This document shows, one piece after another, positions 54,484 to 54,565 of a DNA stretch of 54,565 bases; the stretch's first letter is position 1; every line of letters starts with the position of its first letter. The translations under genes and the position numbers were made by a program. Source of the stretch: Chloroflexota bacterium (lineage in GTDB: Bacteria > Chloroflexota > Chloroflexia > Chloroflexales > Roseiflexaceae); the NCBI GenBank assembly GCA_003670675.1, contig QWQY01000001.1, positions 1 to 54,565 on the forward strand. Direction: 5' to 3'. The notes beneath the pieces were generated by a model that was given only the letters and a program-made list of their open reading frames with translations, had not been told where the DNA came from and ran no database searches.

Positions 54484-54565
54484 CTGATAACTGATAACTG
54501 ATAACTGATAACTGATAACTGATAACTGATAACTGATAACTGATAACTGATAACTGATAACTGAT
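54484..54565 (+). repeat. Heptanucleotide tandem array (CTGATAA), 11 full copies plus a partial one, truncated by the window end
   Basis: This is a direct count. The unit is the exact reverse complement of TTATCAG at 28833-28895. Confidence 0.97.

Overview
This is a 54.5 kb high-GC bacterial chromosomal segment with no rRNA, CRISPR array, transposase or integrase. It is probably from Chloroflexota. That guess rests on three copies of the Chloroflexi/Archaea-restricted YYY (DUF2298) membrane domain and on tilS-hpt-ftsH synteny; it was not checked by any search.

Most of the window is densely packed housekeeping genes:
- 1-5.6 kb: era, menG/ubiE, coaX.
- 5.7-14.6 kb: lgt, uvrB, tatBC, acpP, nusB.
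- 14.7-28.8 kb: rpsO-pnp, ruvA, ruvC, yebC, ftsH, hpt.
- 29-32.9 kb: tilS, cmk.
- One tRNA-Gly(CCC) at 23148-23222.

Four things stand out:
1. A roughly 21 kb locus (32981-53615) is dominated by three huge polytopic membrane proteins of 1090, 2570 and 775 aa. They belong to the uncharacterised GT-C-like / Chlor_Arch_YYY family. The locus also holds a divergently transcribed sugar-nucleotide tailoring operon (CDP-paratose-epimerase-like SDR, WcaI-like GT4, SAM methyltransferase, SDR, Gfo/Idh/MocA) and a convergent MsbA-like ABC exporter. I read this as an undescribed envelope glycoconjugate assembly system.
2. Two perfect heptanucleotide tandem arrays in inverted orientation, (TTATCAG)9 at 28.8 kb and (CTGATAA)>=11 at the window end, bracket a 25.6 kb segment. 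A longer degenerate tract with 7-nt periodicity sits next to the second array.
3. A small lower-GC island with two toxin-antitoxin pairs (VapBC and RHH-Doc) is partitioned by a mosaic family of hairpin-forming intergenic repeats.
4. Several unusual architectures occur: Era fused to two DUF2283-like units, a radical-SAM DNA-repair gene followed by uvrB and a membrane-anchored NERD protein, an 80-aa DarA/YaaQ-like protein inside a split ruv cluster, and a TatB with a long coiled-coil tail.

All calls come from reading the supplied translations and the DNA. No database search was possible.
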